A DNA stretch of 64,000 nt from Tubulanus polymorphus (taxonomy: Eukaryota > Animalia > Nemertea). Location: positions 25,944 to 89,943 of the forward strand of contig NW_027437463.1 of the NCBI RefSeq assembly GCF_964204645.1, written 5' to 3'. Positions 10,479-23,329 of the stretch are shown piece by piece. Numbering within the stretch: the stretch's first letter is position 1; each line of letters opens with the position of its first letter. The translations under genes and the position numbers were made by a program. Below the pieces are notes generated by a model. The model did no database searches. It had not been told where the DNA came from and saw only the letters and a list, made by a program, of their open reading frames with translations.

Positions 10479-11437
10479 AAATTCCTTGTTTCTGAGTTGA
10501 AATCATCGCCCTTTTATTTCCGCAAGTGACTTTTTAGGTATTTTCCGAGTTTCTGAGCTGAAATCATCGCCCTTTTAATTTCGCAAGTGACTTTTTAGGT
10601 AAATTCCGAGTTTCCGAACTGAAATCATCGCCCTTTTAATTTCGCAAGTGACTTTTTAGGTAAATTCCGAGTTTCTGACCTGAAATCATCGCCCTTTTAA
10701 TTTTGCAAGTGATTTTGTAGGTTAATTTCGAGTTTCTGAGCTGAAATGATCGCTCTTTTAATCTCGGAAGTGACTTTGTGGCTAAATTCCGAGTTTCTGA
10801 CCTGAAATCATCGCCCTTTTAATTTCGCAAGTGACTTTTTAGGTATTTTCCGAGTTTTTGAGCTGAAATCATCGCCCTTTTAATTTCTTAAGCAACTTTT
10901 TAGGTAAATTTCGAGTTTCTGAGCCGAAATGATCGCCCTTTTAATTTCGCAAGCGACTTTTAGGTAATTTCCCAGTTTCTGAGCCGAAATCATCGCCCTT
11001 ATAATTTCGCAAGCGACTTTTTAGGTAAATTCCTTGTTTCTGAGCCGAAATGATCGCCCTTTTCATTTCGCAAGTGATTCTGTAGGTAAATTCCGAGTTT
11101 CTGAGCTGAAATGATCGCTCTTTTAATCTCGAAAGAGACTTTTTATGTATTTTCCGAGTTTTTGGGCCGAAATCATCGCCCTTTTAATTTCGCAAGCGAT
11201 TTTGTAGGTAAATTCCGAGTTTCTGAGCCGAAATCATCGCCCTTTTAATTTCGCAAGCGACTTTTTAGGTAAATTCCTAGTTTCTGAGCCGAAATCATCG
11301 CCCTTTTAATTTCGCAAGCGACTTTTTAGGTAAACTCCTAGTTTCTGAGCCGAAATCATCGCCCTTTTAATTTCGCAAGCGACTTTTAGGTAAATTCCGA
11401 GTTACTGAGCCGAAATCATCGCCCTTTTAATTTCGCA
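10479..11437. repeat. ~60-bp minisatellite, about 16 copies, with degenerate extension to ~11720
   Basis: Unit approximately AAATTCCGAGTTTCTGAGCYGAAATCATCGCCCTTTTAATTTCGCAAGYGACTTTTTAGGT. Confidence 0.95.
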
Positions 11438-12689
11438 GTGACAACCGGGATCACACACAACTCACCAGAACAACAATGGATTCTTTTCAAGAGAGCGATG
11501 TCACAACGCTACATTTCTGAAGTGAAATCATCGCATTTCACAAGTGATTTAGGTAAATTCTGAGTTTCTGAGCTGAAATCATCTTTTTTTAATTTCGCAA
11601 CTGACTTTTTAGGTAAATTCCGAGTTACTGTGAGCTGAAATCATTGCCCTTTCTGAGTTAATCATCGCCCTTTTTTCACGAGTGTTTGTGTAAATTTAGA
11701 GTCTCTGAGCTGGACATCACTAGTTTAATTTCACATTAAGGGATTATTGGTAACTTCTGACTCGAGATCTAGAATCATTATAGTTAGTGATTTTCGAGGT
11801 TTATACCGTTTATGAGCTAGGAATGATTACATTTTAACAAAAGGGAGTCGATTGACGAAACTAAGACTAGGAATCAACTATCTTAGATTTCAAAAGTTAT
11901 CTTGATCGCCATCGTACGCCAAAATCTTTCCTCGTTTTATTCCGAGTGAAATAGGAATAAATTCCACTATTGCTATTTTCGGTATGATTCCAAGTCTGTG
12001 AGCTATTCAACTTAGGGAAAGTTGGACTTAAATGCCAATTCTAGGAAATTATCTGACCGCTGATTTTTGTCCCCGAAATGTTTGTATGATCGTCGAATTT
12101 ATTCATCACATCGGCATACCAAGGACTGCAGTTGTCACCTTGTTGTGTTTTAATATGCAGTTGAGGTTCGTCCATATTTACCGTCTGGATGGATTATTTA
12201 GAAGAACGGCTTTATGATAAGCCAATAACGAACTTCATGGTACAGGCTTACTAACGAGGATATCATCCACCCTCTAAGCAGTCTTTACTACGTGATACTA
12301 AACTATAAATACGTACTACTAATACCGGTACCATTCTATTCTCAGAAGATTGATTTTTCAAAATCCCCACATCATAACTGGGAGATATAAATTGTATTAA
12401 TTCCAACGAACGAATTGGCGGTTGCGGGGCCACCAAGTGTAGCAAAAATTCAAAAAACAATCGGATCCACCCGCTCGTAATGAATGATTTGGCTTCCGTT
12501 TATATAATTTCTTAATCTTCTACTTCATATGAGCTATTTTTCTTCTTTTCCTGGAGAGAACGATGATTCATCGTGCCACCTTTGAAATCTTCAATTTATA
12601 ATAGTTTGAATACGGGGTGATTGCCACTTGGGTTGTGACAGAAACGGACCATTTTCAATTCAATGCAATTGAGTACTTTTCGTTCTGAC

Positions 12690-13033
12690 CACAGCATCCT
12701 CCCTCTGCCGGGACTCGAACCTGATGGCATCGCTACACTCAGCCACGGCACGAACCCCTGCATCAGTAGACCGGGTGCGCAGGTACATGCGCAGCTTTCC
12801 GAACGAAAACTGGCGGCACCAATCAGATTGCTCGTTGTATAATCGTTGAGGCAAATTTCAAGGAAGAACTATAAATGGGAAGACCCGGGCTAAAATAAAA
12901 CGGGATTTCTGATTGGCTAAAAATCACATCATCTGAACTGCGCATGTATCTGCGCACACGGTCGATTATGGCAGGGTTTCATGCCGTGGCAATCTCGATG
13001 CCATCAGGTTCAAATCCCTGCCGGGGGAGGATG
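12690..13033. mobile_element. MITE-like inverted-repeat element (related copy at ~48925-49112)
   Basis: Imperfect ~100-bp arms (CATCCTCCC..GAACCTGATGGCATCG..GCCACGGCA versus TGCCGTGGC..CGATGCCATCAGGTTC..GGGAGGATG). Confidence 0.6.
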
Positions 13034-13037
13034 GACC

Positions 13038-13798
13038 ACAGGGGTTTGGCGATGGGCTTGGATTTTATTTCCGGGTTGTTGATAATCTCGCGAGAATGGC
13101 GCTAAATATGAACTGCGAATAAATTCAAAATATCACGGAAATACCTTGTGTTAATATTGTTTATTTATCCGCTATAAAGTTCTGATAAACAATTGGTCGT
13201 TAAGAATCATTATCAGACGGTCGTCAGATGGCTACGGGATGAAACGCCTTCAGAGTTGTGCCAGCCAGAAAGTTGGGACAGTCACGTGACTTAACGCTTC
13301 TTATTTGACGCGAACCTGAAGCATATAAGATGGAAACTATGATACGAAAATTATTTGAGAATAACTTACATTCAAATGCATTTTTTACTATGAATTATAT
13401 ATTTCATCATAATTTATTTAGTTATTTATTTCATATGAATCATAATCTGACAATTGATATCGGTCTGTGAATATGTTAACTTTTCGTGTTGAAGTTTTAA
13501 ATGCGATTACGTCATCAGAATGTCATGTGACTGTCCCAACTTTCTGGCTGAAAATTTAAGTACAGCGGAGGCCTGGCGTTTCATCCCTTGTGATTTTATA
13601 TAGAAGCGTGACGACCGGTCTGATAATGATTCTTAACGACCAATTGTTTATCGAAACTTTATAGCGGATAAATAAACAATATAAACACAAGGTATTTCCG
13701 TGATATTTTGAATTTATTCGCAGTTCATATTTAGCGCCATTCTCGCGAGATTATCAACAACCCGGAAATAAAATCCAAGCCCATCGCCAAACCCCTGT
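13038..13798. mobile_element. Foldback/MITE element with long near-perfect arms
   Basis: 13038-~13290 is the reverse complement of ~13525-13798; termini ACAGGGG...CCCCTGT. Confidence 0.85.
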
Positions 13799-13805
13799 CA
13801 TTTCG

Positions 13806-16417
13806 GTCTGTCTGCAGAGTTTCCAGAACCTGTCATGTCAGGTCTTAAGACACAGTATAATCAGTATTAATAACAATCATTATACTCATTATGATTAGGC
13901 CCTATATTATTATATATTACTATTAATTACTCGCAATATAAGCTTAATTAATTCACCAAGTGCACATACAATTTAAAAACATTTCAGTGCAAGCTTATAA
14001 GTTGACATAGATAAATTAGACATAACACTGATTAATTAGTGAGACCTCACACGGCAACGCGCGCCATTTTGCAGAGCTTCGGGACCTGTGGTGACAGGTC
14101 TGCTTGAAAACTGATGAAATGGAAAAAAACTTTATTTTTTATGGTATCTTTATAGTAATGAATATAATATAGATTGCTAACCATGGATATAGTTAATCTT
14201 AAGTTACTATAAAACAATAATTTTGAAGCGAGACCTCACACGGCAGCTCGCGCCATTTTGCAGAGCTTCTCGAGACCTGTGGTGACAGGTCTGCATTAAA
14301 ACTGATGAAATGAAGGAAAACATTAATTTTTATGGTCTCTTTATAGTAAAGAGTATAATATCAATTGCTAACCATGGATAGAATTAATCTTAAGTTACTA
14401 TAAAACAATAATTATGAAGCGAGACCTCACACGACAGCTCGCGCCATTTTGCAGAGCTTCTCGGGACCTGTGGTGACAGGTCTGCTTGAAAACTGATGAA
14501 ATGGAAAAAACTTTACTTTTAATGGTATCTTTATAGTAATGAATATAATATAGATTGCTAACCATGGATATAGTTAATCTTAAGTTACTATAAAACAATA
14601 ATTTTGAAGCGAGACCTCACACGGCAGCTCGCGCCATTTTGCAGAGCTTCTCGAGACCTGTGGTGACAGGTCTGCTTGAAAACTGATGAAATGGAAAAAA
14701 CTTTACTTTTTATAACCTTTATATAGTAATAAGTATAATATAAATTGCTAACCATAGATAGAGTTAATCTTAAGTTACTATAAAACAATAATTATGAAGC
14801 GAGACCTCACACGGCAGCTCGCGCCATTTTGCAGAGCTTCTCGGGACCTGTGGTGACAGGTCTGCTTGAAAACTGATGAAATGGAAAAAACTTTACTTTT
14901 TATAACCTTTATATAGTAATAAGTATAATATAAATTGCTAACCATAGATAAAGTTAATCTTAAGTTACTATAAAACAATAATTATGAAGCGAGACCTCAC
15001 ACGGCAGCTCGCGCCATTTTGCAGAGCTTCTCGGGACCTGTGGTGACAGGTCTGCATTAAAACTGATGAAATGAAGGAAAACATTAATTTTTATGGTCTC
15101 TTTATAGTAAAGAGTATAATATAAATTGCTAACCATGGATAGAATTAATCTTAAGTTACTATAAAACAATAATTATGAAGCGAGACCTCACACGGCAGCT
15201 CGCGCCATTTTGCAGAGCTTCTCGGGACCTGTGGTGACAGGTCTGCTTGAAAACTGATGAAATGGAAAAAAACTTTACTTTTTATAACCTTTATATAGTA
15301 ATAAGTATAATATAAATTGCTAACCATAGATAAAGTTAATCTTAAGTTACTATAAAACAATAATTATGAAGCGAGACCTCACACGGCGGCAGCTCGCGCC
15401 ATTTTGCAGAGCTTCTCGAGACCTGTGGTGACAGGACTGCATTAAAACTGATGAAATGAAGGAAAACATCAATTTTTATGGTCTCTTTATAGTAAAGAGT
15501 ATAATATCAATTGCTAACCATGGATAGAGTTAATCTAAAGTTACTATAAAACAATAATTATGAAGCGAGACCTCACACGGCAGCTCGCGCCATTTTGCAG
15601 AGCTATTCGGGACCTGTGGTGACAGGTCTGCTTGAAAACTGATGAAATGGAAAAAAACTTTAATTTTTATAACCTTTATATAGTAATAAGTATAATATAA
15701 ATTGCTAACCATAGATATAGTTAATCTTAAGTTACTATAAAACAATAATTATGAAGCGAGACCTCACACGGCAGCTCGCGCCATTTTGCAGAGCTTCTCG
15801 AGACCTGTGGTGACAGGTCTGCACTAAAACTGATATAAATAGAAAAAAACTTCATGCTTTAAATTGTTGATTTAAAATCAGTCTCAATAAAATCAGTCTC
15901 TTTATTGCATTCGGCTCTTTTACATGCACGCACATCATAAAGACAATGAATATAAATAGTGAGACTTCAGGACTTCAGGACAGTGAGGAGTGTTGCCGAA
16001 CTGTGATAGTGAGCAGATAATTTTCAGTGTCTTATTGCGGAAACGAAATATCAAGACCTCGATTCATCTAGCGAAAATATTCTCTTATAATGTGCTCTTA
16101 TTTCTACATTAATTAATTCATCTATGCCTGAAACTTATTTTTTCCCTTTAATACAGAAATAAGTCATAGTTTACACATAAATATTTTCTTCTTATAAATC
16201 AACCTTTCAAATGAATTATTTGTCAGAACATTTTCCTTATCGTTATTGTTGAATCATTTTCGATATTAACGACGGGTCAGAATATTCATTCAACTCAAAA
16301 TGTTCTTCCATTCGTCTAACACATGCCTAGATATTTCGCCGTTTCGTCAAATATTGTCATGAGTTTGGGTTTTTTCGGGACCTGACATGACAGGTTCTGG
16401 AAACTCTGCAGACAGAC
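13806..16417. mobile_element. Non-autonomous TIR element carrying an internal satellite array
   Basis: Perfect 39-bp inverted repeats GTCTGTCTGCAGAGTTTCCAGAACCTGTCATGTCAGGTC at 13806-13844 and 16379-16417. Confidence 0.8.
14041..15835. repeat. ~190-bp satellite, 9 full copies plus a partial tenth
   Basis: GAGACCTCACAC recurs at about 14041, 14230, 14421, 14611, 14801, 14991, 15182, 15373, 15567 and 15758. Confidence 0.95.
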
Positions 16418-16641
16418 ATCAATCACCCCTGTGGTTCTGACGGTGGCAAATGTTAAGTTCGGCGGACGGAGGTTTTAATACAATATTTCTTGCTGTTGAT
16501 GTTCCCAAACAACTTAGTGGGAACCGTACATCGTCTGGTTAACTATTCAGACTACATATCCTGGTAATTGATGTCTATTTAAACACCCTTGACTTTTTTT
16601 GAGAGAGCTTTCTTTTATATTTCTACAGCGACTTACAAATT

Positions 16642-17118
16642 CGCTGTGGCTACTCGTACGGACGTACCGATTACTCTGGAGGCTATTCGTACGGAACTAG
16701 GATAACTGTCGCTGATTGGCTGATTAACGCCGCGCACACAGGGACTTGTCACAATTGATTGTGAATGAATAAAACCAATATCAATGACCAGGTCCACTAT
16801 CCCTGTATAATATAAAAAACTATTATTATTGTTATTTTATTATACAGTTGCAGGGATACTGGTACCCCCATCATTGGTCTCATCCATTATCAGTCGTGAC
16901 AAGTCCCTGTGTAAATTACTAGCGCAGCATCATAGGCCTACCACTAGACCACCGAGCTCGCTGACAGTCGGCCGAATGTTTTAACTACATAGGCCTATAG
17001 CCTCACCTTACCCTCTAACCCTATCCCTTCCCGTACGAACATACAGTAGTAATCCGTACGGGTGCGTACGAATAGCCTACAGAATTATTCGTACGTGTCC
17101 GTACGACTAGCCACTTCG
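16642..17118. mobile_element. Mutator/MULE-like MITE with 9-bp TSD and a nested palindromic insert
   Basis: TTACAAATT duplicated at 16633-16641 and 17119-17127; imperfect TIRs (GTGGCTA.TCGTACGGAC / GTCCGTACGA.TAGCCAC); inner IR CACAGGGACTTGTCAC...GTGACAAGTCCCTGTG at 16737-16911. Confidence 0.7.
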
Positions 17119-19845
17119 TTACAAATTTCACTTTTGAACTGTTTGTTGTTTAAAGTAAACCAATGTACTGAATTGCTGGTGACATTTTGACTCTGAAACA
17201 GTGATATTTAATGTAATTGATTGAACCATTTACGAGAGATGCGGATCTGCACTTACTGAACTGCTAGTGCTAGTGTATTGCTTATTTTAGTTAGTGTAAA
17301 AGTTGAGATCACATCAGATCAGTTAATCCAAACTTCGGTCTTCAGTTATCAGAGTTCGTCGACTATGGTCGAAACAGATGCACCAGCCAATGAAATTCCC
17401 TGTCCTGCGGGTGCCGGTAAACGAAAATTAGCGCAGGCGCTAGGATCGCTCAATCAGGATTGTTTCCCTGCTACTGGTAATGTTATTTTTATCGCTGCCG
17501 TAGAGCTATGGTAGGTATGTTCATATCCGGGGGGGGGGGGGTGCATTATCGATTGTGATCCGCATTTTTAGTCGAACAAAATAGAAATAGAAAAATACCC
17601 TTTTTCAAGAGCTAAATTCGTCAGCTTAGGACCCGGAATAAGCGACGAATCATAAGGAATCGGAAGGTTTAGGATCTTAAAATTCAAATACTGAAGACCT
17701 CATGATTATATTTCGTGTCGGGGCTGAGCGATCGCTGCCGGAAAGTCGATGTCTAAGTTTTGCGTTGAAGCGAGCGATACAAAATGGCGGCCGGTACTTG
17801 TTATTGAATGACGACGCGCCGCGCTGCTCAGGATGAGATCAATATTTAACAATTATTCATTGGTCTAGCGGTGAATTATTAGAGTTTTCCTTAATGAATT
17901 TCTTTTTTTTATTTGATCACAGGTCCCTTAATTCGCTCAAAGATCTATGATATTTTGTGTGATTTTCTTTGTCACGCCAAACACTGGGTACTGGAAACAA
18001 ATTTCTTGTGTAAAAAATATACAACTATTGAAGCCGTGAAGATTTAATGTAGGCGTACTGACGATACGGAAAAATTTATTCTCGTATGAACGATAACAAA
18101 AATAGGCTTTCAATTTGTAATCAACATTCCCAAAGTATGTTTTTTTCGCAAAAATGAAATTCTTTTCTATTGATCATGACGAACCATCGCTCATAGCGGA
18201 TCTTCGATATTTTGGACAATTTTCTTTGGCCACGGGCCACGCCAAACACAGGTGCCTTCAACGAAACCTACGTTTTTTTTTTACAATGTAGAATTCTATG
18301 ACTGAAGAGCCACCGGCTCGCCTCTATTTACTCATTATAACTTAAATCTGGCTGTGCGCTTCACCAAGTTTTTTAACTTTTAAATTTTCCACTTTCCAGC
18401 CAAAATTTTTCATAAAATGTAACTCCTCTCAGATTCGACTACCAACAGCTAATAAACGTAATTTTCAATTATGAAAATTTCTTATTTTCCCATTTGTAAT
18501 TATTTATCACTATATTTCTGAATATTAGGACAGATTTGGCAAAATGATCGCTAAACATTTTTTGCGTGCGCGGACCGCCACTATGCTCCCGTCAGTAAAG
18601 GGGCTGTTGAAAGAGGGAGGCATCTAATGGGATGAATTGAGGCTTGTGATGGGCAAAAATAGAGGCTTGTGATGGGACAGTGAGGCTCCCGAGGGGATTT
18701 TCCAAAAGCAGCAAAATTGAATTATATATTAAATATTGCTGAAATCTAGCTCAAAACAAAACAAATGGATTATTATTTAGTTATTATTATTAGTATTATT
18801 ACTATTGCTTGGTTTATGTTTCTAACCTGATTGATTTTATTATGATATCATGTATATATATTTCAAATTTCAGAGTTTTGACCCTGATTTTCTGCTATTC
18901 TTTACTAAAATTCATTTAGCAAGTAATAATATTAATAATTGGTATATTTAAATCAATTCGCAATATAGACCTGACTGACAAGCCTTGACAATCATGTTTG
19001 ATTCATTTCAATAATTATATAGTGAACAAAATTATTTCACCTGAAATCATATAAATATTTCTCGATATTTCACAATTTCTTGTCGTTACCATGGAAACCA
19101 AATAATAATAATCTATATAATAATAGATATTCCTAGATAAACTTAGGGCAAACATAAACTATTGATAACTAGTTATTCTATCCCCTTAATACATCATAAC
19201 TTTTGTTCTAACATCGATATTTTCATTATTTTACCCTTTTTAGGCTGGTTTCCATGGAAACCATAGGCATTTGGGATCAGATAAAAATTTTGGGTCTTTC
19301 AACTTTATCTGAAACTGCTATGAGAGTATTGCTCTTTAAATTTTTAGTCCATCTCTTTTTCGTTTAAGAGATATCGAAGTTTGTTTACATGAGATATTAC
19401 CTTCTTAAGAGTTTTTGTGTATTGAAACATGAAGACACTTTTTGCTCAAATTTTCGAACTTCAATTTGCAATATCTCGAAAACTACTGGAGATAATTCAA
19501 AAATTTATAAAGCATATTGTTATTTGAGCCTTCCCCATTCCAACAAGCCTTCAGTAAGACTGGAGCTATTTGCACGAGCGCTGAAGGTGCGAGCCCTTAA
19601 AAAAATTTTTATTTCTAGGTGCTCAGATTCGTTTTTGCAGCATTTGGGGGCCATAAGTAACTAGTTTAAATTCGGTAATTTTCATGTAGCAGCAATTGTC
19701 AGTAGTTTGTTCGAGGCACTTTTCTGCCGTATGTTGGTAGGCTTATGTGCATTAAATAGTTCTATGTTCTCATATCTGTTAATATGATTTAATTTTATCA
19801 TTAACAGCTTAGAGGAAGCATTTATTAATTCAATTTGCAAAATAT

Positions 19846-21613
19846 TTTGGTGACTTTGATAAGATATGATGATGAAATTTTTCGTCTCAATAGGAGAATC
19901 GATGCCTATGTATTCAGCGCGCGCTGAGCGCAGTGGTGTGACCTTTATTGGCATTGATTTCTTTTATTTTTAACACACGGGGAATTCCCTGGATATTTAT
20001 AGGCCCTACCACCGGCAGTTCAATACGCGCTCTGCTCGCGTGAAACTATACAATTATTGACGTATAGAGGCTTTACTAAGTAACTATGAGAATGTGTTTA
20101 TACAATTATTGACGCACTGGTTATGAAATTGAGCGTGTGAACCTGACAGTCTTAGAAAGCTAGATAAGTAAATAAACTCCCGATCATTTTTTTTAAGCAT
20201 GGCATATCTTTTATTTGTATGGTGGTAAAGTGCCGTAACATGGCGGGCCGCCGTGCTAAAACCCCTTAGCGAGAACACTGTTGACATCTGCAGTTTGAGA
20301 ATCGTAAAAAATCTGAAATTCGATTTCTCTAAACGGTATCATCAGAAAAATATATCAAAGCAATGTTTGAAAAAAGTGTCTAATTGAGCTCTTAAAAACG
20401 GTAAAAATATGAATTTATGGAAGTAAAAAGTTTGTTGTTGAAGATGACGCTAGCTAGTGCTGTAGATCACTATGGGTTGACGTTGCAGGTGAGGACGTCG
20501 GCGCTATTTGACGCTGTGGATCGGGTCCGTACATAAGGACTATTCGCTAAAGGTGCGCTGTTACCGGTATGCGATCCACTCATTTTTTCGCTGGATCGCC
20601 TCTGTCCTGGCGCTATGGATCGCTAATTTTCGTTTCCCGGCCCCCATAGGGCGGGAACTTTCTTTGACTAGTGTATAAGTGAAACAGAAAGTCAAAAAAT
20701 TAGTTGGAACTAAAGTATTCTTGCAAATGGGTTTACTGCACAGTACAGGGGCGTGTTTTCGAGCAACCGCCCGATTTGCTTAGTGCAAGACGAAAAAATT
20801 GCTCGTCTTCGGCAACGGGAGGCGAAGATTGCTCGTTGTCGAAAAGAATTGTGTGTGTATCAGTTGGAGACGCCAAGCAATGAGCAACTCATCAACTTCC
20901 CAATGAGTGAGCAAATAATCACGCATGTATGTGATACTTTCAAATAGGGCGACGAATCACATTATACTGATGTATTAAGCGGGAAAGATGATGCCTCTCT
21001 GTCTCCAGTGATAACACACAGGAGATGGCAAGCCATCGATTGCTCAACAGTTGCTTGCAGAACTGGTCGCAGCAACCGACGACTAAAAATTGTCTCGTGC
21101 GCTCCAGGAAAATTCTGCCATGGAGATTGTTTAGTTTTATTATCAAATAAAGGCTTTCTAAGGCTTTGGGGTCATTCATTTATTACGTACGCATTAGGGG
21201 AGGGGGGAGGGGTCAGTGCAATTGCGTACTGTTATGCTTAATGTATACGAAAAAATGGCCGATTTTGCGTACAGAGGGGGAGGGGGGTTGAAAAATTCAA
21301 ATTTTATGCGTACGTAATTAATGAACGATCCCTTTCAGGTTCACATGCTCAATTTTATTACCGGTGCATTTATAACTGTATAAGCACAGACTTCATAGCT
21401 CCATGTCACAAGCCTCTATACATCAATAATTGTATATTTTGGCGCAAGCGCCTGTTGCTTTACCGGAAGCATAAATATCCAGGGATTTCCCGTGTGTTTG
21501 AAATAAGAAAATGAATGCCAACAAAGGTCATACTCAGCGTTCGCTGAATAGACGAACTAGCAGCCTCAATTTCTCCTATCGAGATGAAAAAACTTTATCA
21601 TCACAGTCACCAA
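19846..21613. repeat. Diverged ~300-bp inverted repeat pair (old TIR element or two inverted copies)
   Basis: 19846-~20150 is the reverse complement of ~21335-21613 (e.g. ACACACGGGGAATTCCCTGGATATTTAT / ATAAATATCCAGGGATTTCCCGTGTGT). Confidence 0.7.
21168..21332. mobile_element. Short MITE
   Basis: TIRs GGGGTCATTCATTTATTACGTACGCAT / ATGCGTACGTAATTAATGAACGATCCC with internal G-runs. Confidence 0.65.
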
Positions 21614-22201
21614 ATCAAAATTTATAAAAAGGTTTTCTCAGCTCAAGTGGTAAAATTAAATTATATGAATAGATGTGAGGACATGGAACTATTGAACCAT
21701 GAATTTTGACCATGACTTTTGAAAACAAACAGTGCTTTTCGCCAATAATTCTGAACCGATTTTTTATGAACTTTTTGAAAGATTAGACCCTGAACTAACT
21801 TCTGAATATCGTTATTTCTGTTTTGATTGATAATCCTGTCCAAAGGGAACATAAAAACGGGTCGAGATTTTAAAACGGCTCGAGATTTTAAAACGGCTCC
21901 TTTCATTACTGAGGTCGCCTCATGGTGGTGCCTGCTGACAAGTACCGCACTCAACGCAATGTTTTCTAATCACATTTTCATGTATTTTAAGGTGTTAATG
22001 TTTTGGCTAAGATGTTACTGATCTGATGCATGTTCTATGACAGCGTATACATTCCTTTCAAAGAACATTTTGCCAAATGCGGATTCAGACATTGAATTGT
22101 GCTTAGTGCCCGCATCTTTTGGCTAACCCCTGTACAAAAGTACAGTACAGAAGCTGCTATAGTGTATCCTATTTTATGTGTTTTAGAGCGATGGTTGAGA
22201 A

Positions 22202-23242
22202 ATGAATTCGAATTTGAGATTGATTGATTTTGTGCGTGCGAAGCTTGACCAAATTGAACCTGACACAAATGATAAGGTGAATTTGGATGGAGAGGCGATT
22301 AGTAGTAATCAAAGAGGAAGTGAAGCTAAAGCATTCTATGATGATGTCATCCAGTCCGTGCCACAGTCTTTGGCAGAAAGCCCTCGGCGTGAATTGAAAG
22401 AAAAATCTTTGAGTGTAGAGCCTGAAATGACGAAACATCACACTAACAGCAATGACAAAAAAAGGATTTTTCATGAATTTTTGCGTTTCGCGCAAAATGG
22501 GAATTTGTCCAAATTGAAAGAAGTGTTTGAAAGTGGTCATGTAGAAGTAGATACAGTTGATATTTTTAACTGGACAGCGTTAATGTGTGCAGCATGCAGT
22601 GGTGCATTAGATGTAGTTGAGTATCTTGTTTTGAGTGGAGCTAACCCTCATTTGAGAAACAATCAGCATTTAACCGCCTTGGATTTAGCGCGTAAAGCAA
22701 ATAGACATGCTGTAGTTCAGTATCTTGAAAATTCAAAATGCGGTTTGATAGAGGTTGATTCCGTTGTGACATCCCTAAAATATGAGCTGAGGTCCGATGA
22801 CCCCTTTTATTGTGAAACGTGTAAAATGAATTTCATCGAAACTTCAAGAACTAAGCATGAGAACTCAACAGTGCATTTATTTAGCAGCAAAAAGTTCACA
22901 AAAATGAAAACTATGTATCATTTACCCGAAAGCAATAGAGGATTTCAGTTGATGTTGAAAAGTGGCTGGAATCAAGACAGTGGCCTTGGTCCGGAAGGGA
23001 AAGGCCAAAGATATCCTGTTAAAACAGTTCTCAAGCAAGATCGCCAGGGTTTGGGTCAGAGCTCCAATCTCAAGAAAGCGCGTATTACACATTTCGGTCC
23101 ATATGACAAAATGGCTGTAAAAACTAGAAAGAAACATCGTGAAATGACAGTAACTACTCTGTCAAAAAAGAATCAAAAGGATAAAGAACACAAAAGAAAA
23201 CAATGGGAGATTAGATTGAGAACATATATGAATTCAGAATAA
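22202..23242 (+). CDS. GPANK1: G-patch domain and ankyrin repeat-containing protein 1
   Basis: 346 aa: ankyrin repeats (DIFNWTALMCAACSG, TALDLA), CETC..HENSTVH zinc finger, G-patch (SNRGFQLMLKSGWNQDSGLGPEGKG..PVKTVLKQDRQGLG) and C-terminal WEIRLRTYMN. Confidence 0.92.
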   Translation: MNSNLRLIDFVRAKLDQIEPDTNDKVNLDGEAISSNQRGSEAKAFYDDVIQSVPQSLAESPRRELKEKSLSVEPEMTKHHTNSNDKKRIFHEFLRFAQNGNLSKLKEVFESGHVEVDTVDIFNWTALMCAACSGALDVVEYLVLSGANPHLRNNQHLTALDLARKANRHAVVQYLENSKCGLIEVDSVVTSLKYELRSDDPFYCETCKMNFIETSRTKHENSTVHLFSSKKFTKMKTMYHLPESNRGFQLMLKSGWNQDSGLGPEGKGQRYPVKTVLKQDRQGLGQSSNLKKARITHFGPYDKMAVKTRKKHREMTVTTLSKKNQKDKEHKRKQWEIRLRTYMNSE

Positions 23243-23329
23243 TCTGTAGATTTCCATCAATTCAACTCTGTGAAGAAGGTATAAGCACTATGAATAATTC
23301 AGATGTCCAGAAATTTATGTAGAATCCTT

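Noticed and set aside
10479-11437. CRISPR-like array
   Set aside because: Head-to-tail units with no unique spacers, no cas genes, eukaryotic context.
12700-12730. tRNA-like B-box (GGTTCGAGTCCC on the minus strand)
   Set aside because: No cloverleaf can be folded; it lies in the arm of a MITE-like repeat.
14398-15745. Repeated 66-71-aa minus-strand ORFs
   Set aside because: By-products of the satellite; frames differ between units.
14041-15835. Hammerhead ribozyme (retrozyme) satellite, suggested by CTGATGA...GAAA in each unit
   Set aside because: No pairable stem II between CTGATGA and GAAA and no convincing stems I/III. An Infernal search against hammerhead models would settle it.
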